Positions 37,736 to 50,363 of a stretch of 64,000 nt of DNA are shown here, one piece after another. The stretch is from Vicinamibacterales bacterium (GTDB taxonomy: Bacteria > Acidobacteriota > Vicinamibacteria > Vicinamibacterales > CAVVIG01): the NCBI GenBank assembly GCA_040081555.1, contig JBEBGG010000002.1, forward strand, positions 1,692-65,691, given 5' to 3'. The notes under the pieces are model-generated. The model made no database searches, had not been told where the DNA came from, and saw only the letters and a program-made list of their open reading frames with translations. Each line of letters starts with the position of its first letter. The first letter of the stretch is position 1. The position numbers were made by a program, and so were the translations under genes.

Positions 37736-39078
37736 TTGCCGATACAAAAATTGGCGAAGATATGTGCGAGCAGATCCTCGCTGGTCCTCCGGCCAGTCAC
37801 TTCTTCCAGCGCTATCTTGGCGATCTGGAGATCGGCGAGGAGGAACTCCTCAGAGAGCGGAGTTTCGTTATCAGCGGCGGCGTGGCGGCACCGACGGACC
37901 GCCTCGCGTGCTCGCCCAACCTCAGCCATGTGCCGAACGTTGGTCATCGCCGGCAGCTCCTTCAACGACCCCTGTTCGAGCGCGGAACCAATCAAAAGGC
38001 GCAACTCCGACAAACCAGCGCCCGTCACCACGGAAACATGAGCGGCTCGATCATCCTCCCAAAGGTGCGGCAAATCGCACTTCGTGGCAACGTCGATGAC
38101 CTTGTGGCTGTGACCATCCAATCGTTCGGGAAGACGCACGTCATCACGAGAGCGAGAAATGTCGGATACCTTCAGTACCAAATCTGCAACATTGAGCGCC
38201 CCCAGGCAGCGCCCAACGCCCTCGGCCTCAACAGGGTCGGTCGTCTGGCGCAGTCCCGCGGTATCCACAAGGGTGATTCGCATGCCCTCAATTTCCGTTG
38301 CTTCCGTCACGAGATCGCGCGTTGTTCCAGGCAACTCGGTCACAATCGCGCGATCGGTGCCAATTAATGCGTTGAATAGACTACTTTTGCCAGCGTTCGG
38401 GGCTCCAACGATTGCCACTTGGAGCCCCTCACGCAACAAGCGCCCGCGGCGGGCACCTTCGAGCAGCGAGTCCAGTTGGCCCTCTATCGCATCGAGCTCG
38501 AGCAGTAGCTCATCAGCTCTCACGAAGTGATACCCCTCGTCGGGGAAATCGACCGACGCCTCGAGTCGCGCGACCAGACCGAATACCGCTCGATCAACCT
38601 CGCCAATGCGTGAGGTCAGGGTCCCGGCCAACTGATCGAACGCGGACCGCGCCTGGAGGGGAGTGGAAGCATTGATCAGATCGCCGACGGCCTCTGCCTG
38701 TGCAAGGTCCAGACGGCCATTGAGAAATGCGCGAAGCGTGAACTCCCCGGGCATGGCTAGGCGCGCACCCGCAGCGAGCGCAGCCGTCACGATCGCCCTC
38801 AGTAAGACCGGGTTCCCATGCCCGCTGATCTCAACGACTGACTCTCCCGTGTACGACGCAGGCTCAGGGAAGAACGTCACGATCACCTGGTCGATCGTGC
38901 AGCCATCCGGCCCTCTGATCGTCGATAGGGTCGCGTGGCGGGGAACGAATGGCTGTTGTCGGCAGGCGAGCGTTAGTGCTACTGATTCCGCGGCGGGTCC
39001 AGCAAGCCTGACAATGCCAAGTGCGCCGCGTCCAGGAGGTGTCGCGATTGCGACGATGGTGTCGTTCGCTGAGAACAT
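37732..39078 (-). CDS. mnmE: tRNA modification GTPase MnmE (TrmE)
   Basis: '[16 protein letters not shown]' G1 motif, 'DTAGLR' G3 motif and the C-terminal 'FCIGK'. Confidence 0.96.
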   Translation of the reverse strand: MFSANDTIVAIATPPGRGALGIVRLAGPAAESVALTLACRQQPFVPRHATLSTIRGPDGCTIDQVIVTFFPEPASYTGESVVEISGHGNPVLLRAIVTAALAAGARLAMPGEFTLRAFLNGRLDLAQAEAVGDLINASTPLQARSAFDQLAGTLTSRIGEVDRAVFGLVARLEASVDFPDEGYHFVRADELLLELDAIEGQLDSLLEGARRGRLLREGLQVAIVGAPNAGKSSLFNALIGTDRAIVTELPGTTRDLVTEATEIEGMRITLVDTAGLRQTTDPVEAEGVGRCLGALNVADLVLKVSDISRSRDDVRLPERLDGHSHKVIDVATKCDLPHLWEDDRAAHVSVVTGAGLSELRLLIGSALEQGSLKELPAMTNVRHMAEVGRAREAVRRCRHAAADNETPLSEEFLLADLQIAKIALEEVTGRRTSEDLLAHIFANFCIGK

Positions 39079-39155
39079 GCTAGGTGTAGATCTTCGGGTT
39101 CTCAGTTAACGAATCGACCGTCGCGCCGGCCAGCCTGATTGCGATCGCCTCCAGA

Positions 39156-39608
39156 CTACCGCCGTGCGGAAATCTGTACAGTCTTGGAAAACGCGTCCCC
39201 GATGCTCTCGGTGGTGGTGCCAGGGACTTCAGAGACTGCCATATGCACCAGACGTCGCTCATAAGGATTGAGCGGACCCATTTGCTGATCGGCGCCAGTG
39301 TCTTTCGCCTTCTCGGCTAGGAACTTCGCCATCTGCCTGAGCTCAACATCTTTGCCCCTGCGGTAGGCAAGCGCATCGACGAACACGCGTTGGTCGCCAC
39401 CGAGGCCACGGCCGAATGCCATGTCAACGACATGTTGAAGTGCCTTGATGGGCTCACCGCGGTGACGGACTAACAGCTCAGACTCCCCACCTGTGTAGTT
39501 GAGACGGGTGCCGTCTGGCGTCTCCTCGACGGCGATCTCGCTCTGAATACCAAGCGAGACTGCGAACCGGTTCATGAAATCGATAATTGAGGTATAGGCG
39601 TTGCTCAT
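39156..39608 (-). CDS. jag: Jag/KhpB-type RNA-binding protein (KH plus R3H)
   Basis: 150 aa. The C-terminal 'LNPYERRLVHMAVSEVPGTTTESIG' is an R3H motif. Conserved position after yidC. Confidence 0.85.
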   Translation of the reverse strand: MSNAYTSIIDFMNRFAVSLGIQSEIAVEETPDGTRLNYTGGESELLVRHRGEPIKALQHVVDMAFGRGLGGDQRVFVDALAYRRGKDVELRQMAKFLAEKAKDTGADQQMGPLNPYERRLVHMAVSEVPGTTTESIGDAFSKTVQISARR

Positions 39609-39610
39609 GG

Positions 39611-41329
39611 CTACTCCCCGCGCGCTGCGGCGTCCGTCTTGCTGCGACCAACCTTCTTTGCGCGCCGTTCACCAGCGGATTGAGCCACCGGAATCCTCGG
39701 CGGGCCGATCATGTAGTTGGTGAGTTGCATCTGACCGATACGCCAGACGCCACTCACAAGCCAATAGATGAGCGCACCGGCCGGCGATGTGGCGAACATG
39801 AAGCCCATTACCAGCGGCATGACCAGCATCATCTTCTGTTGCGCCGGGTCCATGCCGGCTGCCGGTGTCATCCATTGTGTGACGAACTGCGAAGCGGCGA
39901 CGAGCACAGGCAGCACATAAACCGGATCTGGGGCAGACAAGTCGTGGATCCAACCTACGAACGGCGCGCCGCGCAACTCGATGGCCGTTTGCAGCATCGC
40001 GTAGAAGGCGAGAAACACAGGAAGCGTCAGCAAGATCGGCACACAGCCACTCGCTGGGTTGACCCCGCGCAGCTTATAGAGCGCCATCAGCTCTTGGTTC
40101 ATCTTCTGGCGCGCGGGGTCAGTAGACTTCAGTTGTGCGTAGCGTTCCTGAATCGCCTTTGCCTCCGGCTGCACTTCCTGCATCCGTCGCATCGAGACCA
40201 CACTCTTGTGGTTCAACGGGAAGAGGACAACGTTGATCAAGACGGTGAGAATGGTGATCGCCCAGCCGAAGTTTCCGACGTATCCGTGAATCCATTGCAG
40301 GGAGCGTAGCAAGGGCACGACGATTACGGCGAACATCCCAAAGTCAATGGCCTTGGTGAGATTTCGATCGATCTCGGCCAACGTGTCGAAATCCTTCGGC
40401 CCAACGTAGTAGATGAGTGCTGCATCAGCCGTAGAGGGAGTGACACTGTAGCTGACAAGCTCTCGTGCGCTGCTCCCTGAACCGTCCGCGGCTGGAATCG
40501 ACAGGTTCGAATACTGCACCGTCGCTAAACCCGGGTTCAGCACGAAAGAAGTGAAGTAGTGGTCGTCAATTCCGGCGTACTCAAAAACTTGCTGGTGGTA
40601 TGGCTGCTTGCTTATGCCACTCGACGAAACCCGTGACACTTTTCCGGCGACAGAATAGAGAGCGCCAGGCTTCACAGTATCGTGTCCGTTCTGGGCGTAA
40701 GAATCTCCAAGGCCTGGACCCCACAAGACCGCTACACTCTGGCCGACTCCCGCGCGCAGCACCTGCGACTTGAATCCTACGGTGTAAGAGTCAGGGTCAA
40801 ACGTAAACGCCTTCGTCGCTGCCAGATCACCACTGCTAAAATCAAAACTTAGCGTGACTTTGGTTGTGATCGGTCCAATCGACACTGCGCCTGGCGATGT
40901 TCGCGCGGTGTAAGAGGCACCGTTCAAGAGAGCAGTGGTCACCTCGTCTGCCGCGCGTAAGGTGAAAGGCAGAGGCTGAGAACCGGCGAGATCTGCTGCA
41001 ATGAGTTCTAGTGGTTCGCCCTTGCCGTCCCTATAGTGCTTCAGCCTCCAACTCTTGAGTCGACCTCCCCGATTAGTGAACGTGGCGATCACGTTCTTTG
41101 TCTCGATACGAGTCTCTGTTTCAATCACCGATCCAGCCGAGCCTGGTTCGGCGATAGCCGTGGGAGGAGGCACCACATCAGCGGCCACGACCGGCACCGG
41201 TCCGCCTCCTACGGTAGGAGATGGCTGTCCAGTAGTGTCCGGCACCAGCTTCGGTCGCGGCGAGAGCGCCTGGTAGGCGAACAGCACGGCAAGCGAAAGG
41301 ACAATGGCGATAAAGGCGCGGCGTTCCAT
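39611..41329 (-). CDS. yidC: Membrane protein insertase YidC (long, diderm type)
   Basis: 572 aa. Large periplasmic P1 domain followed by the conserved core 'GWAITILTVLINVVLFPL...MRRMQEVQPE'. Confidence 0.95.
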   Translation of the reverse strand: MERRAFIAIVLSLAVLFAYQALSPRPKLVPDTTGQPSPTVGGGPVPVVAADVVPPPTAIAEPGSAGSVIETETRIETKNVIATFTNRGGRLKSWRLKHYRDGKGEPLELIAADLAGSQPLPFTLRAADEVTTALLNGASYTARTSPGAVSIGPITTKVTLSFDFSSGDLAATKAFTFDPDSYTVGFKSQVLRAGVGQSVAVLWGPGLGDSYAQNGHDTVKPGALYSVAGKVSRVSSSGISKQPYHQQVFEYAGIDDHYFTSFVLNPGLATVQYSNLSIPAADGSGSSARELVSYSVTPSTADAALIYYVGPKDFDTLAEIDRNLTKAIDFGMFAVIVVPLLRSLQWIHGYVGNFGWAITILTVLINVVLFPLNHKSVVSMRRMQEVQPEAKAIQERYAQLKSTDPARQKMNQELMALYKLRGVNPASGCVPILLTLPVFLAFYAMLQTAIELRGAPFVGWIHDLSAPDPVYVLPVLVAASQFVTQWMTPAAGMDPAQQKMMLVMPLVMGFMFATSPAGALIYWLVSGVWRIGQMQLTNYMIGPPRIPVAQSAGERRAKKVGRSKTDAAARGE

Positions 41330-41659
41330 TTAATGTCGTGGAGGAACCTGATCGTGTCCACCGTCGCATAACGGATGGCAACGTGCCAACCGTCTTGCTG
41401 CCAACCACGCGCCTTTGCCCACCCCGTGAGTACGGATGGCCTGAGTGGCGTAATCCGAACACGACGGAACAAAACGACACGATCCAACAAACAACGGTGA
41501 CAAGGTGAGCTTGTACGCTCGCAGGATTGCAAGCGCCACAATCACAGCCGTCGAAGACGGCCGAGATAGAGAATCAAGTCCGGCGCGGCCCCTTGGGCCG
41601 GCGGAGGCTGCGGTCGAGGACGTTGCGGTATTCCGCTTCAATAGATGTAAGGCTGGCAT
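41330..41659 (-). CDS. yidD: Membrane protein insertion efficiency factor YidD
   Basis: The C-terminal part of ORF 41330..41920 reads 'ALAILRAYKLTLSPLFVGSCRFVPSCSDYATQAIRTHG...RLARCHPL', the YidD signature. Start is uncertain: ATG 41659 overlaps rnpA by 86 nt, and GTG 41545 is an alternative. Confidence 0.75.
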   Translation of the reverse strand: MPALHLLKRNTATSSTAASAGPRGRAGLDSLSRPSSTAVIVALAILRAYKLTLSPLFVGSCRFVPSCSDYATQAIRTHGVGKGAWLAARRLARCHPLCDGGHDQVPPRH

Positions 41660-41930
41660 CGACCAGTTCCCGTCTCGGAATGACGACGACGTCAAAACCT
41701 GAGGCGAGTTTGTTGTGGCGAAAGACCTCTCGAATGAGTCGCTTCGCCCTATTCCTGGCGACCGCGCCACCCATCTTCCTTGTAGCCGCAATGCCAAGGC
41801 GGCCGATCTGGAGTTCGTTCGCGAGGATGAACAGCGTGAGGAACTTACCGTGAACCTTGACGCCTCGGTCGTATATCCGCAGGTAGTCGGCCCGCCGCCG
41901 CACATGTTCGGCGCCGCCAAAGCCGGCCAA
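41574..41930 (-). CDS. rnpA: RNase P protein component
   Basis: 118 aa, basic. 'GIAATRKMGGAVARNRAKRLIREVFR' is the RNR motif region. Located between rpmH and yidD. Confidence 0.9.
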   Translation of the reverse strand: MAGFGGAEHVRRRADYLRIYDRGVKVHGKFLTLFILANELQIGRLGIAATRKMGGAVARNRAKRLIREVFRHNKLASGFDVVVIPRRELVDASLTSIEAEYRNVLDRSLRRPKGPRRT

Positions 41931-41938
41931 GCCTGATC

Positions 41939-42091
41939 CTACTCGCTGCTGACAGTGAGGCGCTTGCGCCCTTTCGCGCGGCGGCGCTTCAATACAAGCC
42001 GACCGTTCTTGGTACTCATGCGGACTAGAAAGCCGTGAGCGCGCGCGCGGCGACGCTTGTTCGGCTGATAGGTGCGGACGCCCTTGGCCAT
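41939..42091 (-). CDS. rpmH: 50S ribosomal protein L34 (50 aa, below the ORF-track cutoff)
   Basis: Manual translation: [50 protein letters not shown]. Confidence 0.95.
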   Translation of the reverse strand: MAKGVRTYQPNKRRRARAHGFLVRMSTKNGRLVLKRRRAKGRKRLTVSSE

Positions 42092-42277
42092 AGTTGATAA
42101 TCTCTCGTTAGAAACGAACCGCTTATGTTAGCCAACCGGTTGAAAGCGTGTCAATCCACTGTGTCTTGTGGATGGCTCCAGCCGTGGCCTTTGTGTTAGA
42201 GTTCCGGACTTCGCGCCCGTCCAATAGAGTTCGTTTCACGGCATCCCATAACATGCGCGTTTGGTCTCTCCCCAAAG

Positions 42278-42309
42278 TTTTCCACACCTGTGGAAAAAAC
42301 TGTGGAAAT
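42278..42309. other. Cluster of three DnaA boxes upstream of dnaA
   Basis: TTTTCCACA (42278-42286, + orientation), TGTGGAAAA (42289-42297) and TGTGGAAAT (42301-42309). The first two fit TTWTNCACA exactly; the third has one mismatch. Confidence 0.8.
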
Positions 42310-42487
42310 CTGCAAATTCTGTGACCATTTGCGGGTTTTGCAGGCATTCTAGGCGTTTTTCAAGAGAGGCGAAAGTCTCTAGCGCATGCAAATATTGGCG
42401 TGATCCGCTGTCAAGATCGACTCTCCTCATAGACACCAGCCACAACCAAAGGCGAAAGTCAGCTGGACCTCGCTTTTCCTGGAACAA

Positions 42488-43828
42488 ATGAACATCTGGG
42501 AACAGGTCCTCGCTCGGGTCGAGGCCAAGGTCAACCGTCACAGCTTCTACTCGTGGTTCAAACCCACCAGTTTCGCCGGGGTCGATGCCACGACAATATC
42601 GGTCCGGGTGCCGAACCCCCTCTTCAGGGAATGGCTCAACAAGCACTATTCGGGGGTCATCAGCGAGACGATGTCCGAGTTGAAGCAGGGCCACCTGTCG
42701 GTGACCTTCATAGCCGAGGCGTCTCTGGACGGCAGCTCGATCATGTTGACCCCGGACGAGACCGCACATGTCGAGGCTGCACCAACAACCCCACCGCCGG
42801 TCATCCTCGGTTCTGGCGGCCTGAACTCTCGATACACCTTTGAAAGCTTCATCGTCGGGTCGTCAAACCAGTTTGCGCATGCCGCGGCACGCGCCGTGGC
42901 CGAGTCACCTTCTCGTTCTTACAACCCCTTGTTCATCTACGGTGGCGTTGGCCTCGGAAAGACCCACCTGATGCACGCCATCGGCCACTACGTGTTGAAG
43001 CACGAGAGGAACCTCAAGCTCACGTATATCTCGACCGAGCGGTTCATGAACGAGATGATCAACGCGGTACGCTACGACCGAGTTATCGATTTTCGAGAGC
43101 GCTACCGCAATGTCGACGTATTGCTGATGGACGACATTCAATTCTTGGCTGGCAAGGAAGGTACACAGACGGAGTTCTTCCACACCTTCAATGCGCTCTA
43201 CGATTCCCAGAAGCAGATTGTTCTCAGCAGCGATTGTCCGCCGCGAGAGATTCCAACACTTGAAGACCGGCTGCGTTCGCGCTTCGAGTGGGGATTGATT
43301 GCTGACATCCAGCTCCCAGACGTTGAAACACGTGTTGCAATTCTAAAGAAGAAAGCTGAAGCCGAAGCTGTTCCACTGCTTGATGACGTGGCCTACTTCA
43401 TCGCTCAGCGCATCAAATCAAACATTCGCGAACTTGAAGGGTCGCTGATTCGCCTGATTGCCTTCGCGTCACTCACTGGTCAGGAAATCTCGCTGACACT
43501 CGCCCAAGACGTTCTAAAGAACATCGTCGATCCCACTGAGCGAGCCGTCAACATCGATACCATCCAAAAAAAGGTGGCCGACTACTACCACCTGAAACTG
43601 ACGGAGTTGAAATCACGCAACAACTCCAAATCGGTGGCGATGCCCAGACAGATCGCCATGTACCTTTGCAAGTCCCTGACTCATGCGTCACTACCGGAAA
43701 TAGGCAGAAGTTTTGGTGGCAAGCACCACTCCACCGTAATTCATTCGATTCGCAAGGTGGAGGCCTTACGCTCAAAAGACCCGGGTTTCAACAGCCTGAT
43801 CACCTCGATCATTGAAGGATTCAAGTAA
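42488..43828 (+). CDS. dnaA: Chromosomal replication initiator DnaA
   Basis: 446 aa. 'NPLFIYGGVGLGKTHL' AAA+ P-loop, 'SNIRELEG' sensor and a C-terminal DNA-binding domain 'IAMYLCKSLTHASLPEIGRSFGGKHHSTVIHS'. Confidence 0.98.
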   Translation: MNIWEQVLARVEAKVNRHSFYSWFKPTSFAGVDATTISVRVPNPLFREWLNKHYSGVISETMSELKQGHLSVTFIAEASLDGSSIMLTPDETAHVEAAPTTPPPVILGSGGLNSRYTFESFIVGSSNQFAHAAARAVAESPSRSYNPLFIYGGVGLGKTHLMHAIGHYVLKHERNLKLTYISTERFMNEMINAVRYDRVIDFRERYRNVDVLLMDDIQFLAGKEGTQTEFFHTFNALYDSQKQIVLSSDCPPREIPTLEDRLRSRFEWGLIADIQLPDVETRVAILKKKAEAEAVPLLDDVAYFIAQRIKSNIRELEGSLIRLIAFASLTGQEISLTLAQDVLKNIVDPTERAVNIDTIQKKVADYYHLKLTELKSRNNSKSVAMPRQIAMYLCKSLTHASLPEIGRSFGGKHHSTVIHSIRKVEALRSKDPGFNSLITSIIEGFK

Positions 43829-44089
43829 CTCCAGCTCTTTTCCACAGGCTCCATACACAGGGCTATCAAGAACCTGTGGACGGATCTTGATGGCCTAAGG
43901 CGAATCTTGATTCACCAGAATCCATTCACGTTTTTTCAACAACGTAAATGATTCATTTTAAATAAGTTATAGGGAGAACTCACTTTTCAACACTATTCTT
44001 CTTCCTATATAATTTCCATAATTTAGATCTTCTCTTTGCCTATGGGATTGCGGCCCGTCGTCACGGGCTGTTCGAGGTCAGCTACAGCC
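43829..44089. other. Candidate oriC core: DnaA box plus AT-rich unwinding element in the dnaA-dnaN spacer
   Basis: TTTTCCACA at 43838-43846. Positions 43921-44040 are about 29% GC by my hand count, in an otherwise GC-rich window. Two TTTTCAACA 9-mers lie at 43933 and 43984. Confidence 0.7.
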
Positions 44090-47724
<3,635 letters not shown>

Positions 47725-47779
47725 GACCGCCGTTCCGCAACAACTTTGGCAAGACGAGCCCCCCTAAGTATTTGACACG

Positions 47780-50302
47780 ATGAGTGAACTCACTTCGCAG
47801 CTGCTTCCCGTCAATATCGAAGACGAGATGAAGCGTTCGTACATGGATTACGCGATGAGCGTGATCATTGGCCGAGCGCTGCCGGACGCCCGCGATGGGC
47901 TCAAGCCCGCCCATCGCCGTGTGCTCTATGGCATGAAGACGATGGGCCTAGCGTCCAACCGTGGCTATCGAAAGTGCGCGAAGATCGTTGGTGAGGTGAT
48001 GGGCAACTTTCACCCCCATGGAGACGCTTCGATCTACGACACGCTTGTCCGTCTGGCGCAAGACTTCAATATGCGCTATCAGCTCGTAGACGGGCAAGGC
48101 AATTTCGGTTCGATCGACGGCGATTCGCCGGCGGCGATGCGCTATACCGAGGCCCGGCTACGGTCGCTCGGCGACGAGATGATGGCAGATCTCGATAAAG
48201 AGACCGTCGACTTCACGCCGAACTACGACGAAACAACCGAAGAGCCAACCGTCTTGCCAACGCCGTTCCCGAATCTGCTCGTGAACGGATCTTCCGGCAT
48301 CGCCGTTGGCATGGCGACGAATGTTCCTCCCCACAACCTGACGGAAGTGATCGATGGTTGCCTCTGGATCATCGAACATACCCATCTACGCGCCGATGTC
48401 TCTCTGACCCCTCCGACGCGTCAGGAAAAGCTTCGAAATCTGATTCGTCTGATTCCTGCGCCTGATTTTCCCACCGGTGGCTACATCGTCGGTCGAGGCG
48501 GGGCAGTGCAAGCGTACACCACCGGCCGCGGCTCGGTTCTGATGCGGGCCGCGCACGAGCTCGAGACGAATAAAAAGGGCGATCGCACATCTATCGTCTT
48601 TACCGCGATCCCTTACCAGGTGAACAAGGCGAGACTGATCGAACGCATCGCCGACCTAGTGCGCGACAAGCTCCTCGAGGGTATTTCCGACCTTCGCGAC
48701 GAGTCCGATCGAGACGGCATGCGGATCGTCGTCGAATTGAAGCGCGGCGAACTACCCGAGGTCGTTCTCAACAATCTCTACAAGCACACGCCGCTGCAAT
48801 CCAGCTTCGGCATCATCATGCTGGCGATTGTCGGAGGGCGACCCAAGGTCCTCACGCTGCTCGAACTCGTCGAAAGTTTTGTGGAATTCCGACGCGAGAT
48901 CGTTCGTCGGCGGACTGAGTTCGATCTGCGCAAGGCCGAGGCTCGCTATCACATCCTCGAAGGTCTAAAGATCGCGCTCGATCATCTCGATCAAGTGATC
49001 GCGCTCATTCGCAGTTCGAAAACAGTCCAGGAAGCGCGCGAAGGATTGATGACAAACTTCGGTTTGTCACAGATCCAGGCGCAGGCGATCCTCGACATGC
49101 AGTTGCAGCGCCTCACCGGCCTTGAGCGCCAGAAAATCATCGACGAAATTGCCGAACTGCTGCGCGCCATCGAGCAACTGCGCGCGATTCTCGCCAACGA
49201 GCAACTGCTGATGCAAATTGTCTCGGATGAACTGCGCGAGGTGAAGACCAAGTATGGCGACGGACGCCGTACTGAAATTATTGAAGGCGAAGCCGGCGAC
49301 CTGAACATCGAAGATCTGATCGCGGAAGAAGACATGGCGATCACGGTCAGCAACACCGGCTACATCAAGCGTACGGCGATCTCGACCTACCGCAATCAGA
49401 AACGGGGCGGCAAGGGCCGCATTGGCATGAGGACGAAAGAAGAAGACTTCGTCAGCCATCTGTTTGTGGCCTCAACGCACGCCTACATCATGATCTTCTC
49501 AGATCGGGGCCGCGCGTACTGGTTGAAAGTTCACGAGATCCCCGATGTCGGTCCAGGCGGCAAGGGCAAGTCCATCGCGAACCTCGTGTCGATGGAAGAA
49601 GGTGAGCGCATCGCAGCCACGATCGCCGTCAAGTCGTTCGACGACGACAAGTTCGTGGTAATGGGCACACGCAAGGGTGTCGTTAAGAAGACGCCGCTCT
49701 CCGCCTTTGCCAATCCTCGCGCCGGGGGCATCATCGCGATGGGCATCGAGGACGGCGATCAGGTCATTGCCACGCAGGTGACGGATGGCAGCGGTGAAAT
49801 TCTCATTGGTACCAGGGACGGCATGGCAATCCGCTTTGACGAAGGCGACATCCGTTCGATGGGCCGCACGGCCTACGGGGTCCGTGGCATCCAACTCAGA
49901 GCCGACGACTACGTTGTCGGCATGGAAGTGGTCAAGCCCGGCGGCACTGTGTTGGCGGTCACTGAGCGTGGCTACGGCAAGCGCACCGAGATCGATGAGT
50001 ATCGCGTCCAGGCCAGAGGTGGCGTGGGCATCATCAATATCGCCACCTCCGAACGCAACGGCATCGTCGTTGGGGTGGCCTACGTGCAGGACGGCGAGGA
50101 ACTGCTGCTGATTACACAGCAGGGGATGATTCTGCGCATGCAGACCAACGATGTTCGAGCCATCGGTCGCGCCACACAAGGAGTGACGATGATCGACATC
50201 GAAGTCGATGACAAAGTGGTCTCCATCGCCAAGCTCGGGAAAGAGGAAGCCGTGGTTGGTGATACCGCCGACGCGCCAGAGCTTCCAGATGGGCCTGCCT
50301 AG
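47780..50302 (+). CDS. gyrA: DNA gyrase subunit A
   Basis: 840 aa. '[24 protein letters not shown]' and 'AAMRYTE' (catalytic Tyr region), plus C-terminal beta-pinwheel repeats. Confidence 0.98.
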   Translation: MSELTSQLLPVNIEDEMKRSYMDYAMSVIIGRALPDARDGLKPAHRRVLYGMKTMGLASNRGYRKCAKIVGEVMGNFHPHGDASIYDTLVRLAQDFNMRYQLVDGQGNFGSIDGDSPAAMRYTEARLRSLGDEMMADLDKETVDFTPNYDETTEEPTVLPTPFPNLLVNGSSGIAVGMATNVPPHNLTEVIDGCLWIIEHTHLRADVSLTPPTRQEKLRNLIRLIPAPDFPTGGYIVGRGGAVQAYTTGRGSVLMRAAHELETNKKGDRTSIVFTAIPYQVNKARLIERIADLVRDKLLEGISDLRDESDRDGMRIVVELKRGELPEVVLNNLYKHTPLQSSFGIIMLAIVGGRPKVLTLLELVESFVEFRREIVRRRTEFDLRKAEARYHILEGLKIALDHLDQVIALIRSSKTVQEAREGLMTNFGLSQIQAQAILDMQLQRLTGLERQKIIDEIAELLRAIEQLRAILANEQLLMQIVSDELREVKTKYGDGRRTEIIEGEAGDLNIEDLIAEEDMAITVSNTGYIKRTAISTYRNQKRGGKGRIGMRTKEEDFVSHLFVASTHAYIMIFSDRGRAYWLKVHEIPDVGPGGKGKSIANLVSMEEGERIAATIAVKSFDDDKFVVMGTRKGVVKKTPLSAFANPRAGGIIAMGIEDGDQVIATQVTDGSGEILIGTRDGMAIRFDEGDIRSMGRTAYGVRGIQLRADDYVVGMEVVKPGGTVLAVTERGYGKRTEIDEYRVQARGGVGIINIATSERNGIVVGVAYVQDGEELLLITQQGMILRMQTNDVRAIGRATQGVTMIDIEVDDKVVSIAKLGKEEAVVGDTADAPELPDGPA

Positions 50303-50363
50303 ACGGCCTACCTCTCGATCCTTCCAGCGTCGTACCCGATGGCCAGGCTCGAGTGATCAGAAA

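Noticed and set aside
42152-42175. Additional DnaA boxes: CAATCCACT (42152-42160) and TGTGGATGG (42167-42175).
   Set aside because: They match the consensus at only 6/9 and 7/9 positions. I mention them as weak support for the origin call and do not annotate them as features.
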